The notes under the pieces: generated by a model
Told to the model about the DNA's origin: nothing
The model's input: the letters and a program-made list of their open reading frames with translations, nothing else
The model's database searches: none
Part shown: one piece after another, positions 9,136 through 17,903 of the stretch
Numbering within the stretch: position 1 is the stretch's first letter
Layout of the letters: the number at the start of each line of letters is the position of its first letter
Position numbers and translations under genes: made by a program
From: an uncultured Rikenellaceae bacterium
Lineage (GTDB): Bacteria; Bacteroidota; Bacteroidia; Bacteroidales; VadinHA17
Length of the DNA stretch: 43,709 bases
Direction: 5' to 3'
NCBI GenBank assembly: GCA_964500155.1
Contig: CAZCQC010000335.1
Coordinates: forward strand, 1 to 43,709

Positions 9136-12126
9136 CTACCTTGAGATAATCAGTTTTTGAGTAAAGACGGTCATTTTACCAATTCCTATCTGTACAATAT
9201 AAATACCCGGGTTGAAGTTAACCGGGACCATTAACTGCCTGATACCCGGATCGAATTTTTCAGTATGCAGGATTTTTCCTGTTAAGCTAACTATATTAAT
9301 AAAATCAGGATTGAAAGTGGGATCATCAATTAAAATATTTACATTATCACGAGCGGGATTGGGATAAATCTTTACAATGAGATTTTCGTAATTCGATGGA
9401 TTATTATACCTGTGGCCGAAAATCCTGAACTCAGAAATATAGTTCCAGTCATCCAGTGAATTCCCATGTCCGATTAATTTGATATATTTGAATTCTTCGC
9501 CTGACTTTGACTGAGGCAGGTCAAATACCTGCAGATCGCTTGAAAACGAACAAGATGCTGATTTATTTAGAATAGGTTCCCATATCAACTTATCTTTTGA
9601 TCCAAGTATATCAAAATAGGATTCTCTTATCTGCCCTGGTTTAAAGGCTATTCTGACGTGCTGAATATTAAAAGATTCTTTTAATTCAAAGATAATCCAT
9701 TGATCATCACCACTTGCCGACCACATTGTGCCAATATCCCCATCCAGAATATTGTAGGGATAGTCAGGAGATTGAAAACTGATGGCTTCAATATTGGCTA
9801 TTTCGGCTACTTCCAGATCCTGCTGATATGGGAGGATGGCAACCGGAACTACTTTTGATTGAATAGCCGTTCCGTCACTTATGTTCAGGGTAAATTCAAT
9901 AGTCTGAGGTTGACTGACAATAGGGGAAAGGAACCTGATTTTGGAACCGTTTGTTGAAGACACAGGCACATTACCGGGAACCGACCATGTAAAAGTGAGG
10001 TTGTCATTGTTAGGATCATAACTTCCACTCGCATTCAATTCACTTACAAATCCAGAATAACTAGTTGATGGATAATTGATTATGGCTACGGGAGGTGCAT
10101 TTATAACAACAGGGGGAGTTACAACAGGAGGAGGAGTTACAACCACAGGAGGCGACGATGGGTTGGGATCCGGCATTAAAACCAGAGAACTGTATGGCAA
10201 TACAGTAATCGATCCTGAATATTTTACACCTGTAACATCAATATAACTGCCATCAACAGAAACAAGCTTATTTGAGCTTGTTGTGTTATATTCAAATCTG
10301 ATTTTATTTGCATCTGTAATTACAATGGGTGAAATGTAAGAATTCTTATCTTTCCCTGTAAATGACTGCCAACTTGAAAGCGAACGATTGGTTGCCACGC
10401 TATTCCACCCCGCTGACCATGCCCTGGAAATGTAAGCATTGTCTACAGGTTTTGCATAACAATTGTAATCAGCAACTCCCAGGCTTGATATATCGTTACT
10501 GATTGTGGCAAAGGATAGTATTTTCTGTGAGATACTTTTAGCGAAAAAGATGTTATAGCTGATATTCAGGTTCCTGATAGGATCATCAGGACTGTAGCTG
10601 TCGTGGACCAACAATATCTGAGCCCCAAAGTCACTGTTTCCGTTTCCGTTATCAAACAGCGTATTTCTGGTTATTTCAATTTCATGGGCATTATGAATAT
10701 AAATACCTGATGTACTGCAATTTGCAATGGTATTTCCGGTCACAACAACATTCCTGACACGGTCATCAGTATAGATACCAAATGCTATACGTTCTTTTAC
10801 CGGGGACCCATCTTCATATCCGGATCCATTTAGAACAACATTGTTCATTATTTTCTGACCTGAGCACGGAGTACCGGTTCCCACATATGTGTAAATACCG
10901 CCTCCGTCATTCTTTACAAGGTTAAACCGGTTTACATAATTATTTGAAACAATAGTATTATTACCAGCAAAATTAATTCCCATATAGCCCGTATTATCTA
11001 TATAATTATACTGGACCAGACTTCCAGCACCATGAACACATAATGCGTTGTATGTTCCATCGCTACTTTTCCCCATTCCAATGGTAATTCCGGTGTTTGT
11101 AACAATGTTGTTTGTCACAGTTGCATTCGTATGGTCACCCATAAGGTTGATAGCATTGTTATTTGAATTACTTATGTTGTTATTTAGAATTTTACAGAAC
11201 GGGGAAGTGCCGTTCCATGGTCCGAATATTGCATCTTCTCCAATAAAACTTATTCTGCAATTTTGAACAGTAACATAATCCGAATTATTGATTTGCAGGG
11301 CATAAAGGTTGGCACCTTCAAATGCTACATTATCAATTGTAATGTAGTTCTTATCTTTAATAAATACCAGTTGATCGATTGAGCTCACTTTAACGACATT
11401 ATTACCGGGGCCGGCACTCCCGAAATACATGTAAAAAGTCGATCCGTCATAATACCATTCACCGGTCTGATCAAGGGTTTTAATGCTATTTTGAATGAAA
11501 TAGCCATATCCATCTTTTGCATCGTAATATGAACCACTTGTGTATCTTAATGTACTTCCTGCATGTTCTGTTATTTTATTTCTATCCCAGATATATTCAT
11601 TTTTTCTTATTACCACCTCTGCACCAGTCCAGTTCTGAGAGAGTGTCAGATCGGAATCGGTTATTGAAGAATTTGATACATGAGAATCGATATACAGGAA
11701 TCCTGTATTTGGCCATCTGCCAATTGGTGTGTTGACATCATTTAAAGTAACCATATTTGGGTTTGACTGGCAGGGAAATGATTTTGAATAAATTCCACCT
11801 CCATAATTGGTCCACCCTGTAATTGTTGTGAATCCGCTTACTACCGGACTGGCACCTGTGCCATAAGAGCCTATTGTAATAGGACTGCCGGATGATCCGG
11901 ATACTGATATCTGGAGTGAGCCGTAAAAGTTATCTCCGCTTTTAAACAATATCCTGTCACCAGGTTTTAAGGTCGGAAAAACCGAATTGACTTTTAAAAT
12001 AGATTGCCAGGGTGTTGATGATGAAAGCCCGTTTGCAGAATCGCTGCCCGATGAACTTACATAATAGTCTGTTGCATGGCAAGCGATACTTAGCGAGCAA
12101 AGGAATACCATCAATACCTTTCTCAT
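9136..12126 (-). CDS. Secreted right-handed parallel beta-helix protein with PKD-like and discoidin (F5/8 type C)-like modules and a T9SS type-A C-terminal sorting domain
   Basis: It starts with the signal peptide MRKVLMVFLCSLSIACHA. Next comes TDYYVSSSGSDSANGLSSSTPWQS...PGDRILFKSGDNFYG and many PbH1-like turns (ILNNNISNSNNNAINL, VTNNIVTNTG, IVSNNYVNR, VVTGNTIANCSTSGIYIHNAH). A Pro/Val linker follows. The discoidin-like segment reads NILDGDIGTMWSASGDDQWIIFELKESFNIQHVRIAF. The type-A CTD reads LIVKIYPNPARDNVNILI...IYIVQIGIG...TQKLIISR. Confidence 0.8.
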   Translation of the reverse strand: MRKVLMVFLCSLSIACHATDYYVSSSGSDSANGLSSSTPWQSILKVNSVFPTLKPGDRILFKSGDNFYGSLQISVSGSSGSPITIGSYGTGASPVVSGFTTITGWTNYGGGIYSKSFPCQSNPNMVTLNDVNTPIGRWPNTGFLYIDSHVSNSSITDSDLTLSQNWTGAEVVIRKNEYIWDRNKITEHAGSTLRYTSGSYYDAKDGYGYFIQNSIKTLDQTGEWYYDGSTFYMYFGSAGPGNNVVKVSSIDQLVFIKDKNYITIDNVAFEGANLYALQINNSDYVTVQNCRISFIGEDAIFGPWNGTSPFCKILNNNISNSNNNAINLMGDHTNATVTNNIVTNTGITIGMGKSSDGTYNALCVHGAGSLVQYNYIDNTGYMGINFAGNNTIVSNNYVNRFNLVKNDGGGIYTYVGTGTPCSGQKIMNNVVLNGSGYEDGSPVKERIAFGIYTDDRVRNVVVTGNTIANCSTSGIYIHNAHEIEITRNTLFDNGNGNSDFGAQILLVHDSYSPDDPIRNLNISYNIFFAKSISQKILSFATISNDISSLGVADYNCYAKPVDNAYISRAWSAGWNSVATNRSLSSWQSFTGKDKNSYISPIVITDANKIRFEYNTTSSNKLVSVDGSYIDVTGVKYSGSITVLPYSSLVLMPDPNPSSPPVVVTPPPVVTPPVVINAPPVAIINYPSTSYSGFVSELNASGSYDPNNDNLTFTWSVPGNVPVSSTNGSKIRFLSPIVSQPQTIEFTLNISDGTAIQSKVVPVAILPYQQDLEVAEIANIEAISFQSPDYPYNILDGDIGTMWSASGDDQWIIFELKESFNIQHVRIAFKPGQIRESYFDILGSKDKLIWEPILNKSASCSFSSDLQVFDLPQSKSGEEFKYIKLIGHGNSLDDWNYISEFRIFGHRYNNPSNYENLIVKIYPNPARDNVNILIDDPTFNPDFINIVSLTGKILHTEKFDPGIRQLMVPVNFNPGIYIVQIGIGKMTVFTQKLIISR

Positions 12127-12149
12127 AGATGTTTTTAAAGGGTATAAAT

Positions 12150-12179
12150 TTGACTAACGTAGAAGAATACTTGACTAAC
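12150..12179 (-). promoter_or_regulatory. Pair of TTGACTAAC direct repeats 21 bp apart, 24 nt upstream of the start codon (candidate regulator or promoter element)
   Basis: TTGACTAAC occurs at 12150-12158 and again at 12171-12179. The same geometry recurs upstream of the paralog at 16132-16161. Confidence 0.3.
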
Positions 12180-12439
12180 AATACTTTCTTAACGGTAAAA
12201 GATATAATTTCTTATATCGGGAAATTCTTTTTAAATCTTTTTAACAAAACTTTAACTAAAGATTTATAAGTGAGAATTAAGGAGTGTGAAATACAGGTTA
12301 TGAGGGAAGTGTTAGAATACTCAAAAACTAAGCAATGCTCTTTAAATTATTAAAAAGACAAGGAAGAAAAGTAATCAGGAATAATAGCTTAAAAAGGAAA
12401 CTCCAGGGTCAGAGTCCGGGTAAATGTTGAAATTAAGCG

Positions 12440-15400
12440 TTAATATGTAACAACCAGTTTTTGGGTGAACATAGTAAGCGAACCTGTTCCCATTTGTACT
12501 AAATAGACTCCCTGTCTGAAATCGATTGGGATTTGTAATTGCCTTACATCTGGATCGACCTTATCACTATAAAGGATTTTTCCTGCAAGGCTCACTATCT
12601 TTATAAAATCAGGATTGAAAGCCGGTTCATCAATTATTACATTGACCTTTTCACAGGCCGGGTTAGGATATATCTTTACGATGAGATCTTCGTAACTGGT
12701 TGGATTTTTATGTCTGAAACCTAAAATCCTGAACTCTGAAATAAAGTTCCAGCTATCAAGTGAATTACCCTGACCAACAAGCTTTATAAATTTGTACTCT
12801 TTTTCTGATTTTGAAGGTGGGAATTCAAATACCTGCATATCACCCGAGAAATCACAAGACCTGGATTTAATAAGAACAGGCTCCCAGTTCTCCCTGTCAT
12901 TTGATCCCAGGACATCAAAATATGATTCTTTTTTCTGTCCGGGTTGAAAAGCCACTTTAACGTGCTGAATATTAAAAAATTCCTTTAATTCCAGGATTAT
13001 CCACTGGTCACTTCCGACTGCTGACCACATGGTGCCGATGTTCCCGTCAATCACATTATAAGGCAGGTAAGGAGTCTGAAAATCGCCTGCTTCAACAGCA
13101 ATTACCTCAGCTGTTTCAAGACCAGGTTGATATGGCAGTACTTCAACAGGAATGGTTTTTGACAGAGTGGTTTTTCCGTCACTGACTGTCAGGGTGAACT
13201 CATATATTTGTTTTGTATCTACAATGGGAGCAAGAAATTCGATAACTGAACTGTTAATGGCAGAAACCGATATGTTGTTTGGGATTTTCCATGTAAATGA
13301 AAGGTTATCCCTGTCAGCATCGTAGCTACCGCTGGCATTCAATTCACCGACAAAGCCTGAATAGGTACCTGGAATATAATTTACAACAGTCACTGGAGGA
13401 GTGTTGGGAACGACCACGGGAGGTGGAACGACAACCGGAGGTGGAACGACAACCGGAGGTGGAACGACAACCGGAGGTGGAACAACTGCATTGACTCTGT
13501 TTGAAACCGTTTGGGCGTTTATTGATACAGCCTGTCCTCCTTGCGGTGTTTGCAGTGGATTGGATGCAGGTATTGAATAAGCAACAGTCACAATATCTCC
13601 ATATACAACCGGTGTTGAAAGAGTCAGTATAACCTTTGTTCCTGAAACAGAAACAGAACTTATTGACCTTGCTGCAGAGTTCACCATGACTGAAAATGCA
13701 GAAACAGCCGGCACAATACTTGCAAGTGCAAGATTGTATGTCATTTCAACTAATGCCGGACCAGAGTTTTCGATGGCTGCTCCTGTAAAAACAGGAACTG
13801 CAGGAGGGGCAGGAGCATTTATCCTGTTTGTTACACTCTGTGAACTGATGGATGCAGCAATTCCGCCAGCAGGGGTTTGCAATGGATTTGATGAAGGAGC
13901 TGTATAAGACACAGTTACAGTATTCCCATAAGTAACTGGACTTGAGAGTGTAAGAAAAACCTTTGTTCCCGATATAGTAACTGATGAAACACTTCTTGAG
14001 GCGGAGTTAACCTGGACTGAAAATGCAGAGGTTGCAGGAATAATGCTGGCAAGGGAAAGGTTATAAGTCATTTCAATTATTGATGGTGCTCCATTTTCAA
14101 TTGCCGAGCTTACGTAAACCGGAGCTGAAGGAGGAGCTGAAGGGTTTGGGTCCACCATAAGAACTACCGACGTGTAAGGCAGCAAGGTGATAGAGCCAGA
14201 ATATTTAGTGCCTTTTACATCAATATAGCTTCCGTCGAGAGAGACTACTTTGTTTGAAGTTGAGGCATTGTATTCAAATCTTATTTTACTCGCATCTGTT
14301 ACTGATATGGGAGATATATATGAATTCTGATCTTTACCTGTAAACGATTGCCAGTCTGAAAGAGACCGGTTCATAGCTGTGCTATACCAACCCCCGCTCC
14401 ATGTTGTGGCAACGTAAGAATTATTTATTGGTTTTGCAAAACAGTTGTAATCGGAAGTACCGAAACTTGATATATCATTACTAGAAGTACAGTATGCAAG
14501 TATCTTTTGTTGTGTGGTTACTGCAAAAAGAATGTTATTATTCATTGCAATATTCCGGATTGGATCATTAGGACTATAACTGTCGTGAATAAATAAAACC
14601 TGCCCTCCATAATTATCATTTCCGCTTCCGTTATTGTAAAAAGTATTTTTGCTTACCTCAATTTCATGAGCATTATGAAGATATATACCTGAAGAATTGC
14701 AATGTGCAACAGTATTTCCTGTAACCACAACATTCCTTGACCTGTCATCCATATATATTCCGTGAGCATTATAGGCCTTATCGGGTAAACCATCGCCGAG
14801 TCCAGAACCATTGAGTACGATATTACCAGTAACTTTTTGTCCAGTTTTGGCAGTCCCTGTCCCAACATAAGTGTAGATTCCACCTCCGTCATTCTTTACC
14901 AGGTTAAATTTGTCGACCAGATTATTCGAAATTAAAGCGTTATTCCCTGAGAAATTTATACCTACATATCCTGTATTTTCAATTATGTTAAATTGGACAA
15001 GGCTGTTATCACCACTGATTTCAAGGCCAGAATAGGTCCCATCTCCGCTGGCCCCCATTCCAATTATCAGGCCTGTATTTTTCACACTATTATTTGATAC
15101 AATAGCATTTATATAGCTTCCGGAGAGCATGATTGCATTGCTGTTACTATTACTGATAGAATTATTCAGTATTTTAAGGTTTGACGAATTATCCCACCAA
15201 GGCCCATAAATAGCCGTTTTCCCGGTAAAATCGATTATGCAGTTTTGAATTGTAATATTCTCTGAGCTCGGTAAATGGAAAGCATATTTGTTAGCACCCT
15301 CAATTTTCAGGTTTTCGAAGGTGATATAATTAATATTTAAAAAGTAAACAATTTCATCAACGGAACTTACCTTAACCTCATACTGACTGGGATCGGCAGT

Positions 15401-16108
15401 TCCAAAATACATATAAAAAATCGTTCCATCATAGTACCATTCTCCCAGTACATCCAGAGTTTTAATACTATTCTGTATGAAGTAGCCATATCCATCTCTT
15501 GGAGCGTAGTCTGATCCGCTATTATAAAAGAGGGTATTTCCGGAATGGCTTGTGATAGTGTTTCTATCATAAATATAAGGGACCTTTCTGATTACAACCT
15601 CAGCTCCCGTCCAGTCGGGGGAAGATGGTAACCCTGCATCTGTTATTGATGTATTTGAGATGTGCGAATCTAATGAAAGAAAGCCGCTGTTAGGCCATCT
15701 TCCGATGCCTTTACTGACACCGTTTAAAGTAACCATATTGGAGATAGATTCACATGATAGCGCTTTTGAATAAATGCCATTTCCATAACTGGTCCAGCCA
15801 GTTAATGTAGAAAATCCACTGATCACCGGATTATTTCCAGTGCCGTAAGCACCAATTGTTATTGGACTTCCTGATGATCCGGATTTTGATATTCTGAGGG
15901 CACCATAGAATACATCACCCCTTTTGAACAGTATCCTGTCACCAGGATTAAAGCCTGAAAATGATGAATTTACTTTTGAGATTGATTGCCAGGGAGTTGA
16001 TGATGAAAGCCCGTTTGCCGAATCATTGCCTGAAGAACTTACATAATAATCAGTTGCTGAGGCAATAATACTAACCAGACAAAAAAACATCATCAAAACC
16101 TTTCTCAT
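12440..16108 (-). CDS. Secreted right-handed beta-helix / PKD-like / discoidin-like protein with T9SS type-A CTD; longer paralog with two extra Ig-like domains
   Basis: It is colinear with 9136-12126 and very similar to it from the first residue (MRKVLMMFFCLVSIIASATDYYVSSSGNDSANGLSSSTPWQS...). It carries an insertion of two ~107-aa repeats plus a (PPPVVV)4 linker. The CTD reads LIVKIYPNPACEKVNVII...VYLVQMGTG...TQKLVVTY. Confidence 0.8.
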   Translation of the reverse strand: MRKVLMMFFCLVSIIASATDYYVSSSGNDSANGLSSSTPWQSISKVNSSFSGFNPGDRILFKRGDVFYGALRISKSGSSGSPITIGAYGTGNNPVISGFSTLTGWTSYGNGIYSKALSCESISNMVTLNGVSKGIGRWPNSGFLSLDSHISNTSITDAGLPSSPDWTGAEVVIRKVPYIYDRNTITSHSGNTLFYNSGSDYAPRDGYGYFIQNSIKTLDVLGEWYYDGTIFYMYFGTADPSQYEVKVSSVDEIVYFLNINYITFENLKIEGANKYAFHLPSSENITIQNCIIDFTGKTAIYGPWWDNSSNLKILNNSISNSNSNAIMLSGSYINAIVSNNSVKNTGLIIGMGASGDGTYSGLEISGDNSLVQFNIIENTGYVGINFSGNNALISNNLVDKFNLVKNDGGGIYTYVGTGTAKTGQKVTGNIVLNGSGLGDGLPDKAYNAHGIYMDDRSRNVVVTGNTVAHCNSSGIYLHNAHEIEVSKNTFYNNGSGNDNYGGQVLFIHDSYSPNDPIRNIAMNNNILFAVTTQQKILAYCTSSNDISSFGTSDYNCFAKPINNSYVATTWSGGWYSTAMNRSLSDWQSFTGKDQNSYISPISVTDASKIRFEYNASTSNKVVSLDGSYIDVKGTKYSGSITLLPYTSVVLMVDPNPSAPPSAPVYVSSAIENGAPSIIEMTYNLSLASIIPATSAFSVQVNSASRSVSSVTISGTKVFLTLSSPVTYGNTVTVSYTAPSSNPLQTPAGGIAASISSQSVTNRINAPAPPAVPVFTGAAIENSGPALVEMTYNLALASIVPAVSAFSVMVNSAARSISSVSVSGTKVILTLSTPVVYGDIVTVAYSIPASNPLQTPQGGQAVSINAQTVSNRVNAVVPPPVVVPPPVVVPPPVVVPPPVVVPNTPPVTVVNYIPGTYSGFVGELNASGSYDADRDNLSFTWKIPNNISVSAINSSVIEFLAPIVDTKQIYEFTLTVSDGKTTLSKTIPVEVLPYQPGLETAEVIAVEAGDFQTPYLPYNVIDGNIGTMWSAVGSDQWIILELKEFFNIQHVKVAFQPGQKKESYFDVLGSNDRENWEPVLIKSRSCDFSGDMQVFEFPPSKSEKEYKFIKLVGQGNSLDSWNFISEFRILGFRHKNPTSYEDLIVKIYPNPACEKVNVIIDEPAFNPDFIKIVSLAGKILYSDKVDPDVRQLQIPIDFRQGVYLVQMGTGSLTMFTQKLVVTY
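13411..13482 (-). repeat. 18-bp tandem repeat x4 (three perfect, one imperfect) encoding (PPPVVV)n linker
   Basis: On the + strand, cgacaaccggaggtggaa occurs at 13429-13446, 13447-13464 and 13465-13482. A variant, cgaccacgggaggtggaa, lies at 13411-13428. Confidence 0.9.
13486..14120 (-). repeat. Two tandem ~107-aa Ig-like coding repeats (approximate bounds)
   Basis: Repeat 1 reads AIENGAPSIIEMTYNLSLASIIPATSAFSVQVNSASRSVSSVTISGTKVFLTLSSPVTYGNTVTVSYTAPSSNPLQTPAGG. Repeat 2 reads AIENSGPALVEMTYNLALASIVPAVSAFSVMVNSAARSISSVSVSGTKVILTLSTPVVYGDIVTVAYSIPASNPLQTPQGG. Both are absent from the shorter paralog. Confidence 0.8.
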
Positions 16109-16131
16109 AGATGTTTCTTAAGGATATTCAA

Positions 16132-16161
16132 TTGACGAATGGAGATAAAAAATTGATTAAC
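16132..16161 (-). promoter_or_regulatory. Pair of TTGA(C/T)NAA direct repeats 21 bp apart, 24 nt upstream of the start codon (counterpart of 12150-12179)
   Basis: TTGACGAAT lies at 16132-16140 and TTGATTAAC at 16153-16161. The distance to the ATG (complement of 16106-16108) matches that in the paralog. Confidence 0.3.
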
Positions 16162-16336
16162 GCTGCAAATTAAACGATTAATTATCTAATTTGGTATAGG
16201 AGTGATATTTTTTTTCGAACAATTTATCAAGACAACTTTTAATAAGTGCTTCCGTAATAGAGCCAAAACAGAAACCGCTTGATTTATTCTGTTATGTTTT
16301 GCAAAGACCGAAACTGGATATCAATATGAATACCTT

Positions 16337-17350
16337 CTAAAAGAAGATCAGTATTACCCAGTAGTAAACCAGATCGAGGGTCTCAGTTATTGCCGCATAG
16401 CGTTTTGATTTTTCGGAAATCTCATTGCCTGATTCAGGAAGGGCTATTATTCCTATATTATATGATTTCCCAAGTACTTTTTTATATGTCATCCAAGTTC
16501 TGCGGGCATGGATACCCATTGAGATAATATTTACATCCCTGACATTCTGGCCTGATTCCATTAGCCAGTCTCTGAAAGCAAGTGCTCCGGTCAGGGTTCT
16601 GTTGATCCTTGTTTTGCTTCCCGTTACTGCAATTACCTTTGAAGAATCAATACCGCTTTTTATTAGTTTATTTCTGACAATTTCCGGATGAGATTCATAG
16701 TCATTTATGGTTCGGTCATTTCCACCAAGGTTCCCGATATCAAAAACTGAATTGAACTGATAGGGAATAACCAGGCTATCATCAAAAATAATCTCTTTAA
16801 TATATAAGTTCCTGTCTCCTTTATCATCGAGGTAATCATTTGTAAACTCAAACATCAGAGAGTCAATTTCAGAGAGCGGAGCATTCCATTCAACTTTATA
16901 TTTCCCGGGCTTTTCATCAGCATTGAAGTCTGCAATTATTGAATCATTTATATAAAAATTGAAATGAGAACAATACTTGCCACCCATTTTGCTTCGAGCG
17001 ACTACTTCAATTTTATGGTGTTCGCTATCATACCCTTCATTTGATCTTAACCCCGGATAGAAAATCAGGTATCCGTTCATTGCGACCATACAAAAATCCA
17101 GCTCCGAAGACTTGATACCGGTTGTTACAATAAAATCATAACTCTGATTGTGTATCTCGCTTTTTGCCATCTCGATCGCAGGATCGGGAAGCCATGCTTC
17201 TATTACAAGCATTTCAGCATCCAATCTATGGGATTTTTCAAGAAATTTCAGGAGGTTGTCGCTGTAATTCTGCAGCAAAAGGAATAACAATCCCGCCAAG
17301 GAAATAAATATCAAAGTAATTTTTATTGTATTTTTCAGGACTTTTTTCAA
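16337..17350 (-). CDS. Membrane-anchored DUF218 (ElyC/SanA/YdcF-like) protein with an inserted carbohydrate-binding-like module
   Basis: There is an N-terminal TM anchor (ITLIFISLAGLLFLLL). The DUF218-like halves are LVIEAWLPDP...FIVTTG and VIAVTGSKTRINRTLTGALAFRDWL...IISMGIHARRTWMTYKK. Between them lies a segment ending FEFTNDYLDDKGDRNLYIKEIIFDD, which resembles Ca-dependent CBM-type modules. Confidence 0.55.
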   Translation of the reverse strand: MKKVLKNTIKITLIFISLAGLLFLLLQNYSDNLLKFLEKSHRLDAEMLVIEAWLPDPAIEMAKSEIHNQSYDFIVTTGIKSSELDFCMVAMNGYLIFYPGLRSNEGYDSEHHKIEVVARSKMGGKYCSHFNFYINDSIIADFNADEKPGKYKVEWNAPLSEIDSLMFEFTNDYLDDKGDRNLYIKEIIFDDSLVIPYQFNSVFDIGNLGGNDRTINDYESHPEIVRNKLIKSGIDSSKVIAVTGSKTRINRTLTGALAFRDWLMESGQNVRDVNIISMGIHARRTWMTYKKVLGKSYNIGIIALPESGNEISEKSKRYAAITETLDLVYYWVILIFF

Positions 17351-17903
17351 CTTGAACCTGTATTAAGCCAGACTAATTTGCATCTAAAGTAATTCTTTCG
17401 TATTAAAAAAAATCTTACTGGTAATAAAACGGTTGTTTTTTTGTTTGTATCTATGGACTGAACAAATCTTTGTTTATGAAATTAAGGGATTCAGGCTGAT
17501 TGTAAGGTTTCATTTAAAATATTTGCTATAGATTGGATTCAATAATAAAGGTTGATTTAAATCGTCATGAAGATCCTTCAGTATTGAAAGGATCAGGCTC
17601 AGTTTTGATAAGGAAGATTATACCAAAGGAAGATCCGGCAAATTACTTTATTAATTACATTCTTCGTGGTTAAAAGTTTACCTATTCTTTTTACTTATTT
17701 TTACATGACTTGAAATCCCGGATAATTTACTTGTCAATGTAACCGTTTAACAAAGAATAACAATTCCGGGAATATACTCCTATTATTAATAAAATGCTGG
17801 TCTTGTCTATGTGACTGACCAGGCGAAGCTATATTAAAATTCTCTGAATTGCTGATCAAAAGTTAAAACCTTAAGATTAAATTTCCGGGACAAATAGAAC
17901 TAA

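Noticed and set aside
12300-12353. A 17-codon ORF (MREVLEYSKTKQCSLNY) in the gap between the paralogs
   Set aside because: It is too short, has no recognisable motif or conserved context, and lies in an AT-rich spacer where such ORFs arise by chance.
11048-15570. Small ORFs inside or antisense to the beta-helix genes (11048-11266 +, 11517-11735 +, 13297-13494 +, 13686-13907 +, 14653-14892 -, 15367-15570 -)
   Set aside because: They are fully embedded in the 996-aa and 1222-aa ORFs. One example is 13297-13494, which merely reads the (PPPVVV)n repeat on the opposite strand as PEVERQ repeats.
17427-17748. Possible invertible-promoter inverted repeats (AAACGGTT at about 17427 and AACCGTTT at about 17741) in the long intergenic region
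   Set aside because: The repeat is only 8 bp and does not extend. Roughly a couple of such matches are expected by chance in 550 bp. No site-specific recombinase gene is present in the window.
17351-17903. Bacteroidetes-type promoter (-33 TTTG / -7 TAnnTTTG) for either divergent arm
   Set aside because: I scanned every TTTG on the + strand and every CAAA on the complement and found no exact TAnnTTTG. Near-misses such as cTAATTTG at 17373-17380 have the wrong spacing. I therefore make no promoter call.
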